This document shows positions 18,760-28,458 of a stretch of DNA of 64,000 nt, piece by piece. Made by a program: the position numbers and the translations under genes. The notes under the pieces were generated by a model, which saw nothing but the letters and a program-made list of their open reading frames with translations, did not search any database and was not told the origin of the DNA. Origin of the DNA: Promethearchaeota archaeon (GTDB taxonomy: Archaea; Asgardarchaeota; Lokiarchaeia; Sigyniarchaeales; SOKP01); contig JAEOTP010000043.1 of assembly GCA_016839765.1 (NCBI GenBank), positions 4,345 through 68,344 of the forward strand, in the 5' to 3' direction. Numbering within the stretch: the first letter of the stretch is position 1; every line of letters starts with the position of its first letter.

Positions 18760-19092
18760 TTATATACTTTTTGTTTTAATATAATAGCGTGTAATTTTAT
18801 TGCAATCCAGACATATCATTGATATATGAGTTGCTTTTCCAAGTGAATGTAATCTTATTCTACAGTTTAACCCTGGATAAAGAAAATTCTTACATTTATG
18901 ACATATTCTTTTCTTCCAAATTGGAGGAATCTTAATTTTTGCTCTTTGAGCATATTTCCTTGCTAAAGATATGTATCGGTTCGCTAAATCTTTTTGACTG
19001 GGAAAAATTTCATGAGCTCGCTTAAATAGAAAGTTTATCCTTGTTTTTGCTATTTGTTTAATAATTCCTTTATTAATTTTCTTTTTAGGCAT
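18760..19092 (-). CDS. rnp4: Ribonuclease P protein component 4 (Rpp21)
   Basis: IAKTRINFLF...LANRYISLARK...KRICHKC...PG..CRIR...CLDC. Confidence 0.92.
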   Translation of the reverse strand: MPKKKINKGIIKQIAKTRINFLFKRAHEIFPSQKDLANRYISLARKYAQRAKIKIPPIWKKRICHKCKNFLYPGLNCRIRLHSLGKATHISMICLDCNKITRYYIKTKSI

Positions 19093-19099
19093 AATTTGT

Positions 19100-19390
19100 T
19101 CATTTATTAGAACTTTTCAATTCTTTTTTATTAATGGGAAATTTTGATAATATAATTTGTTTCCCTCGTAAATCTAAAACATTTGAATTCGTTAATTTTG
19201 AAATTTTTTCTGATAAAGCTGCGATATTTGATTTAGTTGCTACTGATCTCAATGCCTTAATTTTAATGAATTTATATCTTTTTAATAAACTAGCTACATG
19301 CGTTATAAAGTCATCAGTAATACCATTTTTTCCCAAAATACAATGCGGTCTTGATAATAATACTTTTTTATATTCTTCTCGGTAATCCAT
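19100..19390 (-). CDS. yhbY: YhbY/CRM RNA-binding protein
   Basis: ILGKNGITDDFI...FIKIKAL...LDLRGKQIIL; usual neighbour of rnp4. Confidence 0.85.
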   Translation of the reverse strand: MDYREEYKKVLLSRPHCILGKNGITDDFITHVASLLKRYKFIKIKALRSVATKSNIAALSEKISKLTNSNVLDLRGKQIILSKFPINKKELKSSNK

Positions 19391-19487
19391 TATCCCAAAA
19401 TACTTAAAATACCAAAAAATTTTTAATTTATTTAATCTTTTTACATCTATTATAATATATTAAAGAATAATTGAATTAAAGATTAGC

Positions 19488-19907
19488 ATGTCTATATACA
19501 TCGTTGAACCGGCAAAACTCATTAAAACTATTGCAGATAAATTAAAGGAATACCCTGAAATTAACCCTCCAGAAGGAAGTCAATATTGGAAAACGGCATT
19601 TTTTAAAGAATTAGCCCCTTTAGATTCAGAAAATTTTTGGTATATTCGTTGTGCTTCAATATTGCGAAAAGTAAGAAAGTTTGGGCCTATAGGAGTTAAT
19701 AGACTTAGAAAACATTATGGAGGGAAAAATAGAAAAGGCTCTGGATTAAATCATAGTGGAAGAGGAGGCGGAAAAATTATTAGACTAGCGTTGCAGCAAT
19801 TAGAGGATGCTAACTTACTAATGAAGAAAGAAAAAACAGGAAGAATAGTCTCACCCGAAGGAATTAGCCTTTTAGAAAGAACTGCTCATAGTATTTTGAG
19901 AAAATAA
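19488..19907 (+). CDS. rps19e: 30S ribosomal protein eS19
   Basis: KELAP...WYIRCASILRK...GPIGVNRLRKHYGG...IIRLALQQLE. Confidence 0.95.
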   Translation: MSIYIVEPAKLIKTIADKLKEYPEINPPEGSQYWKTAFFKELAPLDSENFWYIRCASILRKVRKFGPIGVNRLRKHYGGKNRKGSGLNHSGRGGGKIIRLALQQLEDANLLMKKEKTGRIVSPEGISLLERTAHSILRK

Positions 19908-19945
19908 TAATTATATGTATATTAAGTTTTATTTAGGGATTTTAA

Positions 19946-20284
19946 TTGAGTGATGAAGAAGAACTGGAAACCATTAGGAAAAGAAAATTAGAACAGTTAA
20001 AGCAACAAGCAATTCAACAACAATTAGCAGAACAACAACAAAAAGATTTTGAAAATAAAAAATATCAATTAATGAGGTTAATTTTGAGCCAAGAGGGAAG
20101 ACAAAGATTAGAAAATATCAGAATGGTAAAACCCCAATTTGCTGAACAAATAGAAATACAATTAATTCAGTTATTTCAGGCAGGACGATTAAAGGGAGCT
20201 GCTCCATTATCAGATAATGCATTTAAGAAATTATTAACACAAATATCCTCTAGAGGAAAAAAAGAATTTAATATTAAAAAGTAA
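19946..20284 (+). CDS. PDCD5-family DNA-binding protein
   Basis: DEEELETIRKRKLEQL...ILSQEGRQRLENIRMVKPQFAEQIE; conserved position after rps19e. Confidence 0.92.
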   Translation: MSDEEELETIRKRKLEQLKQQAIQQQLAEQQQKDFENKKYQLMRLILSQEGRQRLENIRMVKPQFAEQIEIQLIQLFQAGRLKGAAPLSDNAFKKLLTQISSRGKKEFNIKK

Positions 20285-20301
20285 ATCTTTGGTGAAGAAG
20301 T

Positions 20302-20463
20302 ATGGCAAGAAATAAAGACTTACCTTCGAAATTGAGAAGGGCTAAAAATTCGAAACAAAATAGGTCTGTACCTAATTGGGTTATAAGAAGAACGAAGGGC
20401 AGTATAAGAAATAGTCCATATTCTAGAAGAGAATGGCGAAATAGTCGTTTAAAGAGAGATTAA
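20302..20463 (+). CDS. rpl39e: 50S ribosomal protein eL39 (not in the ORF track)
   Basis: Manual translation MARNKDLPSKLRRAKNSKQNRSVPNWVIRRTKGSIRNSPYSRREWRNSRLKRD; SD GGTGA; lies between PDCD5 and eL31. Confidence 0.93.
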   Translation: MARNKDLPSKLRRAKNSKQNRSVPNWVIRRTKGSIRNSPYSRREWRNSRLKRD

Positions 20464-20465
20464 AT

Positions 20466-20927
20466 ATGGCAAAAAAGAAAGGTAAAGAAGTAAGCTTAGA
20501 TGATTTAGAAAAGGAACTCTCAGAAGATGAATTGGAAGAAATAGCAGAACCAATAGAAGAAAACATTGAAGAAATTGAAGAATTTAGCTTAGACGAAATC
20601 GCTGAAGAAGAAGAAGTTAGTGAAGTTTTTGAAGAAGCAGTAGAAGAAATTGAAGAAGAGGCTCCCAAAGAAGAAATAATTGATGAAAGAATATATATAA
20701 TACCTTTAGCAAAAGCACGAAAGGGTCCACGTACAAAATGGGCTAAAAAAAGTGTGAGATATCTCAAGGAATTTATGGAGCGCCATTTTAAACCAGAATC
20801 TTTAATTATTTCACAAGAAGTCAATGAACAAATATGGTCACGTGGAATTCAAAAGCCTCCAAGAAAGTTAAAAGTAAGAGCTACCAAAAATATTGATGGC
20901 TTAGTAGTGGTTTATCTCCAGAAATAG
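20466..20927 (+). CDS. rpl31e: 50S ribosomal protein eL31 with long acidic N-terminal extension
   Basis: ERIYIIPL...AKKSVRYLKEFMERH...VNEQIWSRGIQKPPRKLKVR. Confidence 0.93.
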   Translation: MAKKKGKEVSLDDLEKELSEDELEEIAEPIEENIEEIEEFSLDEIAEEEEVSEVFEEAVEEIEEEAPKEEIIDERIYIIPLAKARKGPRTKWAKKSVRYLKEFMERHFKPESLIISQEVNEQIWSRGIQKPPRKLKVRATKNIDGLVVVYLQK

Positions 20928-20984
20928 GTATATTAGATTTATAAATTAATCAAAAAGCTTTTTCTTATAGTTTTTAAAAAAAAA

Positions 20985-23231
20985 TTAAAAAAGTGTGTGA
21001 GTAGTACTCACGTTTACTAATCTCGGCAGTATAATACTTGAATTATATTTAGGCCCTACAAGTAAAGTATTATTTGCAATATTGTAATTTAAATAACTCT
21101 GGGCTAATGGAACACCTGTATTTGGATTAATAGCAAAACGAGGATAATTAGAACTTGAAATTGCTATGCGTATTCTATGCCCTGGTGCAAAATAGTAAGC
21201 ACTTGACCAGCAATCTACCATTAATTCATATACATCTAGGTGGTTACCTGACATAAAAACATCTGTTGTATAATTATATCGGCTCCTAACTGTTAAGGAA
21301 CCATCAGTTACCAACATTGAACGGTTATCTGGGTATACATCTGTTAATTTTAATGTGAAATCTGTATCTGTACAGTTAGAAGATACAAATAAATGCCCCC
21401 AAATCCTTCCAACTGTTATTACTGGTTCGGTTAGGATTGGTGTTTCGAATACCAAAACGTCACTTCTATTTTCAATACTTCGTTGGTCCATTGGTCCTGC
21501 TAAATCAAATGGTTGGTTTTGTCCTCCAAGATTTGGAATAGGATTGCGAGGATCAAATAGGTAAGAAAAGTTTTTATTAATTAAACCAGCTGATACATTA
21601 CTTAATCTTCCATCTGCTGTGAAGTACCATTCATCATTCACATGATCAAGAGGCCAATCATATGCGTAACGCCAATAATTCCACTTATCTGAGGTTTCTA
21701 TCGTAGAGCCCATTAAATAATAGGCAACTCTAGCACCATCCCAACTTGTTGGATTATTAAGTAAAGCCTCATCAAAAACTTCATATTCCCAATTTAATAT
21801 CAAATCAAAACCGTTCGAATTATCTGGATATAATAATTCTCCTTGTTTACCCCCATAAATTGATCCGTGTGTCCATGGTCCCATTATTAATTTTTGATGT
21901 TCTTGAGCTCTTGTTGTTCCATAATCATCATATCCTATGTAACCATCTATAGTACCTTGAAGAAAGTGGTCATACCACCCTCCAACATGAATTCCATAAA
22001 CTGAAATTTTAGAATAATTTGGTCCGGTGGGATTAGATAAGGAAGTAGAATTATACATTAATTCATCTTTAGGCATGTATTTAAAAATAGTTTCAAGTTG
22101 ATAGTGCCAGTTATTTGGGGATGTACTTTTTACCCATGTCTCAACTGATGACTTATGGTACGATCCTTGATAAATAGCGTGATCATATAATTCAGGAGTT
22201 CCAAACCAAAGTTGTTGAGCCATTAATCCTTCAGGGTTCATTCCAGCATAAAAGTATTGATTAATACAGAGTGCAGAAACTCCTGCACTGGCGATTTTTC
22301 CGTTAGACCACTGTTGATCAAGTATCCAATTTATAGTATCAACACCATCATGATAAGATTCGATAAAAAGTAAAGATTTATCCCCTCCTTCAGAATTATG
22401 AGTTCCTCTTAAATCTTGTATAACTACGTGATAATCTTGAATTAAATAGTAAGGGAGATATAAATCATCTGCCCAACCTGATTTACCATATGGGGTTCTT
22501 ATTAAAATCACGGGTTTTGGCCTACCAAAAGATCCAGGAGCAAAATATACATCTGTAGCTAAATGAATTCCATCTCGCATAGGAACCATATATGTAATTT
22601 TATCTGGAACGTTGTATATAGCAGTACTACCAATTATAAATATAGGTAAAGTAATCATAAAAATTAGACCTACGTATTGTAATTCTTTTGGAAGTTGATT
22701 GATCTTTCGCTTTTTGTATTTCTGTAATAATGAAGAAAGAGAGAGTGATGAAATTTTTATTCCATAATATAAAATCATAATGATACTTAATCCTATTGCA
22801 GCTAAAGCATAATAATTCGGATTGATAAAAGTGTACCAGATAATACCCATAATTGGTACTATTATACTAATAAGAATACCAGTAATTTTTAATGAGGTAA
22901 TATTCTTCTTTCTGCTTAATTCTTTAAAGTAATTTCCAGCCATCATTAGAGAATAAAATGAAATAAATAAGGCAATAGGAAAGTACAGTATCCCTAATAA
23001 AATTAAAATTAATTGCTTCATACTGAAATAGAGGGTTTCAGTTTTATTGAATAATTGTTCTTTTTTTAGAAGTTCATTATTGTAACCTTTAATGTAATTA
23101 AGAACATAGCTGGAAATATATAATCCTCTACAAATTAGTAATAGCGGTAAATTGAAAGTTAACATTTGTTCTAGACTTAAAATACCATATGAGTCAAGAA
23201 AATAGAAAAAGGCGAGTATCCAATTAATCAT
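20985..23231 (-). CDS. CocE/NonD (peptidase S15) alpha/beta hydrolase with N-terminal multi-TM region
   Basis: MVPMRDGIHLATDVY, ILIRTPYGK, QDLRG...SEG, WSNGKI, GVSA nucleophile, GGWYD, GPWTH, PGHRIRIAISSSNYPRF. Confidence 0.88.
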   Translation of the reverse strand: MINWILAFFYFLDSYGILSLEQMLTFNLPLLLICRGLYISSYVLNYIKGYNNELLKKEQLFNKTETLYFSMKQLILILLGILYFPIALFISFYSLMMAGNYFKELSRKKNITSLKITGILISIIVPIMGIIWYTFINPNYYALAAIGLSIIMILYYGIKISSLSLSSLLQKYKKRKINQLPKELQYVGLIFMITLPIFIIGSTAIYNVPDKITYMVPMRDGIHLATDVYFAPGSFGRPKPVILIRTPYGKSGWADDLYLPYYLIQDYHVVIQDLRGTHNSEGGDKSLLFIESYHDGVDTINWILDQQWSNGKIASAGVSALCINQYFYAGMNPEGLMAQQLWFGTPELYDHAIYQGSYHKSSVETWVKSTSPNNWHYQLETIFKYMPKDELMYNSTSLSNPTGPNYSKISVYGIHVGGWYDHFLQGTIDGYIGYDDYGTTRAQEHQKLIMGPWTHGSIYGGKQGELLYPDNSNGFDLILNWEYEVFDEALLNNPTSWDGARVAYYLMGSTIETSDKWNYWRYAYDWPLDHVNDEWYFTADGRLSNVSAGLINKNFSYLFDPRNPIPNLGGQNQPFDLAGPMDQRSIENRSDVLVFETPILTEPVITVGRIWGHLFVSSNCTDTDFTLKLTDVYPDNRSMLVTDGSLTVRSRYNYTTDVFMSGNHLDVYELMVDCWSSAYYFAPGHRIRIAISSSNYPRFAINPNTGVPLAQSYLNYNIANNTLLVGPKYNSSIILPRLVNVSTTHTLF

Positions 23232-23377
23232 GATTAATTATTAGATTGTCTATATTTATAAAGATTATTTATTAGAAAAAATACACTATAAGCAAAAGCC
23301 TTTTAGGAATTCTATGAAAAAATATTTATGGTTTGTAAGTTTATTTTACCAAACAGTATTTTATTTACTTCTTATAA

Positions 23378-24058
23378 ATGTCAATTCTCAAGTATCAACT
23401 TTACGGAAAAAACTCTGTTGGAGTCTATCTTACTGTTAATAATTCATTTGGTCTCTATCCAACTACATTATTAAACTTTGCAATAAAAAAAATAAAAAGT
23501 ACATTTAAAGAACCTTTTTTTCCGTTATCTATTAACAACTCAACTCTTTTAGGAGTGTATGCTGCCAGTAATAGGTATGGAATTATTGTACCACATATTA
23601 TAAGAGATGATGAGCTCAATATTTTAACCGATTATACTAAAAGTATTAATGATAATTATCAAATCGGAGTAATTAAATCTATAGATAATGCTTATGGAAA
23701 TTTGATTTTATGTAATGATAAGGGAGCTATTATTAGTTCTTTATTAAAGGATTTCAAACATGAAATTGAGAATATTTTGAATGTAGAAACCGAAATTTTT
23801 GAGTTTGCGGAAAATTATTTACCGGGATCTATTGGATTAGTAAATAATTGTGGTTGTGTTGTCCATCCACTAACTACTGACGAAGAAATAGAGCATGTTT
23901 CTTCATTTTTAAAGATTGATGAAATAGATGTATCAACTGTCAATAGAGGAATTCCATATCTCTCCTCAGGAGCTATCGTGAATGATAATAGTGGTATTTT
24001 TGGATTAGCTTGCACTGGACCCGAAATGATGCGAATGACAGATATCCTTGGGCTTTAA
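23378..24058 (+). CDS. eif6: Translation initiation factor 6 (aIF6)
   Basis: VGVY, GNLILCNDKGAIIS, VHP, TVNRGIPYLSSGAIVND, TGPE. Confidence 0.93.
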   Translation: MSILKYQLYGKNSVGVYLTVNNSFGLYPTTLLNFAIKKIKSTFKEPFFPLSINNSTLLGVYAASNRYGIIVPHIIRDDELNILTDYTKSINDNYQIGVIKSIDNAYGNLILCNDKGAIISSLLKDFKHEIENILNVETEIFEFAENYLPGSIGLVNNCGCVVHPLTTDEEIEHVSSFLKIDEIDVSTVNRGIPYLSSGAIVNDNSGIFGLACTGPEMMRMTDILGL

Positions 24059-24220
24059 GGCAATTTCTTAGAGTATCGTTAGAAATTTTTTACGATTTTT
24101 TTATTTAATTAGGCTTTTGAAAGAGTATAATTTCATGAAGTTTAAAATTAAAAAGAAAAATTTAATATTTTTAAAATATTATCAACTTTAAGCTCGCTGA
24201 TACAAGGGATTTGATATATT

Positions 24221-24448
24221 ATGTCAGAGATAAAAATTTATCGCATTATTGGTATTTATTATAAGAATCATAAGAAATATTTATTTCGAAAAGAAGAACG
24301 CGCATTAAAAAGAGAAGACGCATTAGAAAAAGCCTTAAGTCAAATAACTTCTATTGGTATTCTTAGGAGACAGATAAAGATTCAAGAAATAAAGGAAATA
24401 TCTCCAGAAGAAGCTCAAGATTACCTCATTCGTGAATTATCGCAATAA
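24221..24448 (+). CDS. rpl18a: 50S ribosomal protein eL20 (L18Ae/LX)
   Basis: KIYRIIG...FRKEERALKREDALEKALS...RRQIKIQEIKEISPEE; between eif6 and pfdA. Confidence 0.9.
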   Translation: MSEIKIYRIIGIYYKNHKKYLFRKEERALKREDALEKALSQITSIGILRRQIKIQEIKEISPEEAQDYLIRELSQ

Positions 24449-24480
24449 ATCTTATATATATTTTTTTATGGTTAATAAAA

Positions 24481-24903
24481 ATGGAAAAGAATCAAAATCT
24501 TCAAAACCAGCTATATCAACTAAGGATTCTTAGGGAACAATATGATATGTATCAAGGGCAACTAGAAATAATAAATGCCTCACTTGGAAACTATCTTAAT
24601 ACAAAATATACACTCCAAAATTTAAAAGGGGGAGTCAAAGAGGATGATGAAATCTTAATTCCTATTGGAGGTATAGTAGGAGTTAAAGCCTCAATTCAAG
24701 ATACTCAAAAGTTTTTATTATTTATCGGAAAAGATACTGTAATTGAAAAAAGCGTTGATGAATCCATTGAATATATTGAGAAACTTATTCAACAACATAA
24801 AGAGCAAATAAAATCCATCTCTGAAATTGTTCAGAAATTGGATTTGAACATTCAAGGAATGTCTCAATCAATTCAGAATAGCTATTCAGAAAAACCACCT
24901 TAA
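24481..24903 (+). CDS. pfdA: Prefoldin alpha subunit
   Basis: Coiled coils flanking EILIPIGG...LLFIGKDTVIEKS. Confidence 0.9.
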   Translation: MEKNQNLQNQLYQLRILREQYDMYQGQLEIINASLGNYLNTKYTLQNLKGGVKEDDEILIPIGGIVGVKASIQDTQKFLLFIGKDTVIEKSVDESIEYIEKLIQQHKEQIKSISEIVQKLDLNIQGMSQSIQNSYSEKPP

Positions 24904-24944
24904 GAAAGCTACTTTTATAGAGAAAGGTTTTGTTAATATATTAG

Positions 24945-25862
24945 GTGAATCTATTCATGCTCGAAAAATTAAAGGATGTATTTTCTAGTTTTGTAAAAAA
25001 GACGTTATCTGATGATAAGATTGATAAAGCCTTGCATGAATTAAATCTGCTTTTAATAAGTAATGATGTTGCGGCAGAAACTGCTGATGTGCTATGTAAT
25101 AGTATTAAGGATTGCTTAAGGGGTGAACAAATTGGGAGACTATCATCAAAACAGAAGTATTTATTTGAAATTTTAAAAGAAACAATTACTGATATTTTGA
25201 CACCCGATCAAGAAATAAGTCTATTAGATGAAATAAAGAAAAAAAAAGCTAATAACTTACCATATATAATGGTATTTCTTGGAGTCAATGGAACCGGGAA
25301 AACAACTACTATTGCAAAAATAGCATATTATTTAAAAAAAAATAATATTAGCTCTGTTGCTGCAGCCTCAGATACTTTTCGAGCAGCTGCTATAGAGCAA
25401 TTAACCTATCATATGGAAAGGGTCGGGATAAGAGTAATTAAGCATAGCTATAATTCAGATCCTGCGAGCGTTGCATATGACGCAATTCAGCATGCCACAG
25501 CAAAAGGAATTGATGTAGTATTAGTTGATACTGCCGGTAGACAAGTTAGTAATAAAAATTTAATAATAGAGCTGCAAAAAATTGTTAGAATTGCCGAACC
25601 AGATTTAATTGTTTTTGTTGGTGATAGCCTTGCTGGTAACGATGCTTTAATTCAAGCTAAAGAATTTAAAAATAATGTTGGAATAGATGCTAATATTTTA
25701 ACCAAACTTGATGCAGATGCTAAGGGAGGAGCTGCTTTATCGATTTCTTTCGAAACAAAAAAGCCAATACTATTTGTAGGAACAGGACAAAATTATGATG
25801 ATCTAAAACCTTTTGATAAAAATTATTTCATTTCAAATATACTAGAGTTGAATGAAAGCTAA
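24945..25862 (+). CDS. ftsY: SRP receptor FtsY
   Basis: GVNGTGKTTTIAK, DTFRAAAIEQL, DTAGR, TKLDADAKGG; probable ATG start at 24957. Confidence 0.95.
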   Translation: MNLFMLEKLKDVFSSFVKKTLSDDKIDKALHELNLLLISNDVAAETADVLCNSIKDCLRGEQIGRLSSKQKYLFEILKETITDILTPDQEISLLDEIKKKKANNLPYIMVFLGVNGTGKTTTIAKIAYYLKKNNISSVAAASDTFRAAAIEQLTYHMERVGIRVIKHSYNSDPASVAYDAIQHATAKGIDVVLVDTAGRQVSNKNLIIELQKIVRIAEPDLIVFVGDSLAGNDALIQAKEFKNNVGIDANILTKLDADAKGGAALSISFETKKPILFVGTGQNYDDLKPFDKNYFISNILELNES

Positions 25863-25918
25863 ATAAAATTGTTCTTGATATTAGTTAACTTTTTTAAATA
25901 TTCAGTTTTAACTTATTT

Positions 25919-26170
25919 GTGTCAAAACAATACCCAAAATATGATAAATACGAAAAATTCGATAAAAAGAAAAAACCAAGTTTATATGAAAGGATTGGAA
26001 TTTTTTTTCGGAACACTAAGCGTATATTAAAAATTGCCAATAAACCTGGAAGAAAAGATTATTTTCTTGTTTTTAAGATATGTACCATTGGATTAGTAAT
26101 TCTAGGTGCTGTGTCTTACGTAATTCAATTAATTTTTACGATTATAAATGATGCTTTAGGTATAAGGTAA
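25919..26170 (+). CDS. secE: Protein translocase subunit SecE/Sec61-gamma
   Basis: RILKIANKPGRKDY...IGLVILGAVSYVI; follows ftsY. Confidence 0.9.
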   Translation: MSKQYPKYDKYEKFDKKKKPSLYERIGIFFRNTKRILKIANKPGRKDYFLVFKICTIGLVILGAVSYVIQLIFTIINDALGIR

Positions 26171-26218
26171 AAAGTTACTTATTTATATTAATTAATTTTT
26201 TAAACTCTCTTAATAATT

Positions 26219-26641
26219 ATGCAAGTAAATTTAAATCATCTTAAAGATCTACATTTTAAAGCATCTGCTAGAAACTTTAAGAGTATTGATCTAGATGAAC
26301 CTGAATCATTTCACGGAACAAATTTAGGACCAAGTCCAGTTGAATATTTGCTGATAGGAATAGGCGGGTGTTTGGGAAGTTCTTTTATGTTTTGTTTAGT
26401 TAAGCATGGTATAGAAATCGAAAATTTAGAAATTATAGTAGATGGAAAGATACATCATAAACCTCCAACGATGAGATTAAAGTTAGCGCAAGTTGATGTT
26501 AAGATTATGTATCTGTTAAAGGATCTATCTCAAGCTGAGAAAATTGAACAATGTAGAAGTAAATTTATGAAATATTGTGTAGTCTCAGATACATTAATCA
26601 ATGGGATTCCAATTAATGTTGAATTTCAAAAAACAGACTAA
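26219..26641 (+). CDS. OsmC/Ohr family protein
   Basis: DEP...GPSPVEYLLIGIGGC...KYCVVSDTL. Confidence 0.85.
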   Translation: MQVNLNHLKDLHFKASARNFKSIDLDEPESFHGTNLGPSPVEYLLIGIGGCLGSSFMFCLVKHGIEIENLEIIVDGKIHHKPPTMRLKLAQVDVKIMYLLKDLSQAEKIEQCRSKFMKYCVVSDTLINGIPINVEFQKTD

Positions 26642-26661
26642 AAAAAAGTAAAAAAGAAGTT

Positions 26662-27886
26662 TTAGAAATAATAAACGTTAATTTGTTCTGGAATGGTTAA
26701 TTCTTCTTCTTTATTTTTACATGCTATGAATTTGATTTTCATATTCATTACCAGTGTTAGAAGACGTTTAGACAGAATTCCATCAATAATTATAAATTCA
26801 GTTTGGTTGTATTTTGATATCTCCTCAAATAATTTGCCTGCAGTTAAATCAAATAATTTCTCAAGTTTATTATTAAATCCGATACTATGGCCTGATGGAA
26901 TTGTCTTTAATGCTTGTGTTATGATTGATTGATTTTTCACTTTAAGTTTTCTTAGTAACTTACTAAGCTTTGTTTCTGTAACTTTTTTCTCCATAACAGA
27001 AGATGTTTCTCCTGGTTTTTCTAAAGATTCTGTTGTAGATCTCTTATTCTGGAGAGATTTTATCATCTGTTTCCTGGTTAATTCTTCTACTTCATATCCA
27101 TCAGGAGCGTGAGCAATAAAGTCTACATTAATTAACTGCATTAACTCTTTTGTAATTAATTCTCCGCCCCTATCTCCATCGCAGAATATTGTTACTCTCT
27201 CTTTTTTTTTCGCTAAATCTATAACTGATTTAGGAATATGGGTTCCTTGGACGGCTACAGTATTTTTTATCCCTATTCTAAGTAGGTTTAAAACATCAGC
27301 TCGCCCCTCGACAATGATTAAATCATCATCACTTTCAACGTTTGGTCCAGCTGGTAATCCTTCAGGACCCCATTTTATAATTTCACCAAGTTTAATATCT
27401 GTATCTATTTTTTCTTCAATTTCACTAGGTTCAAGAGATTTTTGATCCCATTCTTTTAATAATTCTGCTGCACGTTCAATGATTTTTTTGCGCTTTCTTT
27501 CCCTTACATCTCTAATCTCAATGAGACGGATTTTAGCTTCACAAGGTCCAACACGGGTAACAGTTTCAATAGTTGCCGCCAATAATGCAGTCTCCTTTCT
27601 AGTTAAAGAAGATGGAATTTTAATAATACCAGTAGAAACACCCTCCTTAGATTCGTTTTCTACTTCAATTCTTCCGATTCGTCCTGACTTTTGAAGATCT
27701 CTTAAATCGAGATCTAAAAGGAGACCCTCAGTTTAGCCGATTTAGCCGAAATGGCTTTAAAATTTACCTTTGACCAAATATGGCGCCAACTATATCGCTT
27801 TTTTCAACCACTCCCTTAATTTCAAATTTTGTTTCAATAATATATTTTGTAGTAAAATCTACCTGATTATTTGTAATCTTGATCAC
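26662..27886 (-). CDS. dnaG: Archaeal DnaG (TOPRIM primase-like protein, exosome-associated); two exons 27886..27770 and 27732..26662
   Basis: Exon 1 reads ...TKYIIETKFEIKGVVEKSDIVGAIFGQ; exon 2 continues TEGLLLDLDLRDLQKSGRIGRIEV...IIVEGRADV...DGDRGG; joined product about 395 aa; the ORF track captures only the C-terminal part. Confidence 0.92.
27733..27769 (-). other. Candidate 37-nt bulge-helix-bulge/loop pre-mRNA intron in dnaG
   Basis: Insert AGGTAAATTTTAAAGCCATTTCGGCTAAATCGGCTAA; central helix GGTC/GGCT flanked by two AAA bulges; cutting AA|A at both gives GGT CAA ACT GAG. Confidence 0.75.
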
Positions 27887-28163
27887 TTCCGTATTACTTA
27901 ATTAAAATTTATTTCTTTATTTTTATGAGATAATTATAATCTTAAATGATTTCAAACATTTTAAATTGAAAATATGATTTTTAGTTCAGTTTTTTTTGTG
28001 TATTTTAATTTTAAATGCTTTTAAGTCATCAATAAATAGATGATCAATTTAAATAAATAATTCTTTCCATTTATTTTTTGCTGAATAAAAAGGCAAACAA
28101 AATTGTTTGCAGCCATAACATCTCCATAGGATATTTATTTTTAAAGAAAATATTTAATAGATA

Positions 28164-28358
28164 TTGATGAGTCTTTATTGGAATAATATGCTATTAAGAA
28201 GGTTTTCAAATTTAAATAAAAAGAAAATCAAATTCAAATTGAGTACTAATATAGGGCGATTTTATTTTTACTTTGAAAAAGAAAATAATGAAAATTCTTC
28301 TGTTAATGGTAAAATCATATTTTTCCCTAAAGATGTCGAAATTACTCAACAGTTATAA
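28164..28358 (+). CDS. Possible small hypothetical protein
   Basis: 64-aa ORF in an otherwise empty intergenic region; no homology recognised. Confidence 0.25.
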   Translation: MMSLYWNNMLLRRFSNLNKKKIKFKLSTNIGRFYFYFEKENNENSSVNGKIIFFPKDVEITQQL

Positions 28359-28458
28359 TATAATTTGAAATGATTAAAATTCAAATAATTATATTATTAT
28401 AATAGAACTTAATTCTCTTCTATGTTTTAATTCATCTTAAGATTATCAAGTTAATACA

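Noticed and set aside
27727-27767. Spliceosomal-looking signals in the dnaG insert (AG|GTAAAT, CTAAAC, ...GAG)
   Set aside because: Removing GT...AG (41 nt) leaves the gene out of frame and deletes the conserved Thr-Glu; the BHB cut restores it exactly.
26662-27886. dnaG as a plain pseudogene or as the 306-aa ORF-track protein
   Set aside because: Both exons keep conserved motifs with no other lesion, and the track ORF lacks the conserved N-terminal domain; pseudogene status is not excluded but is less parsimonious.
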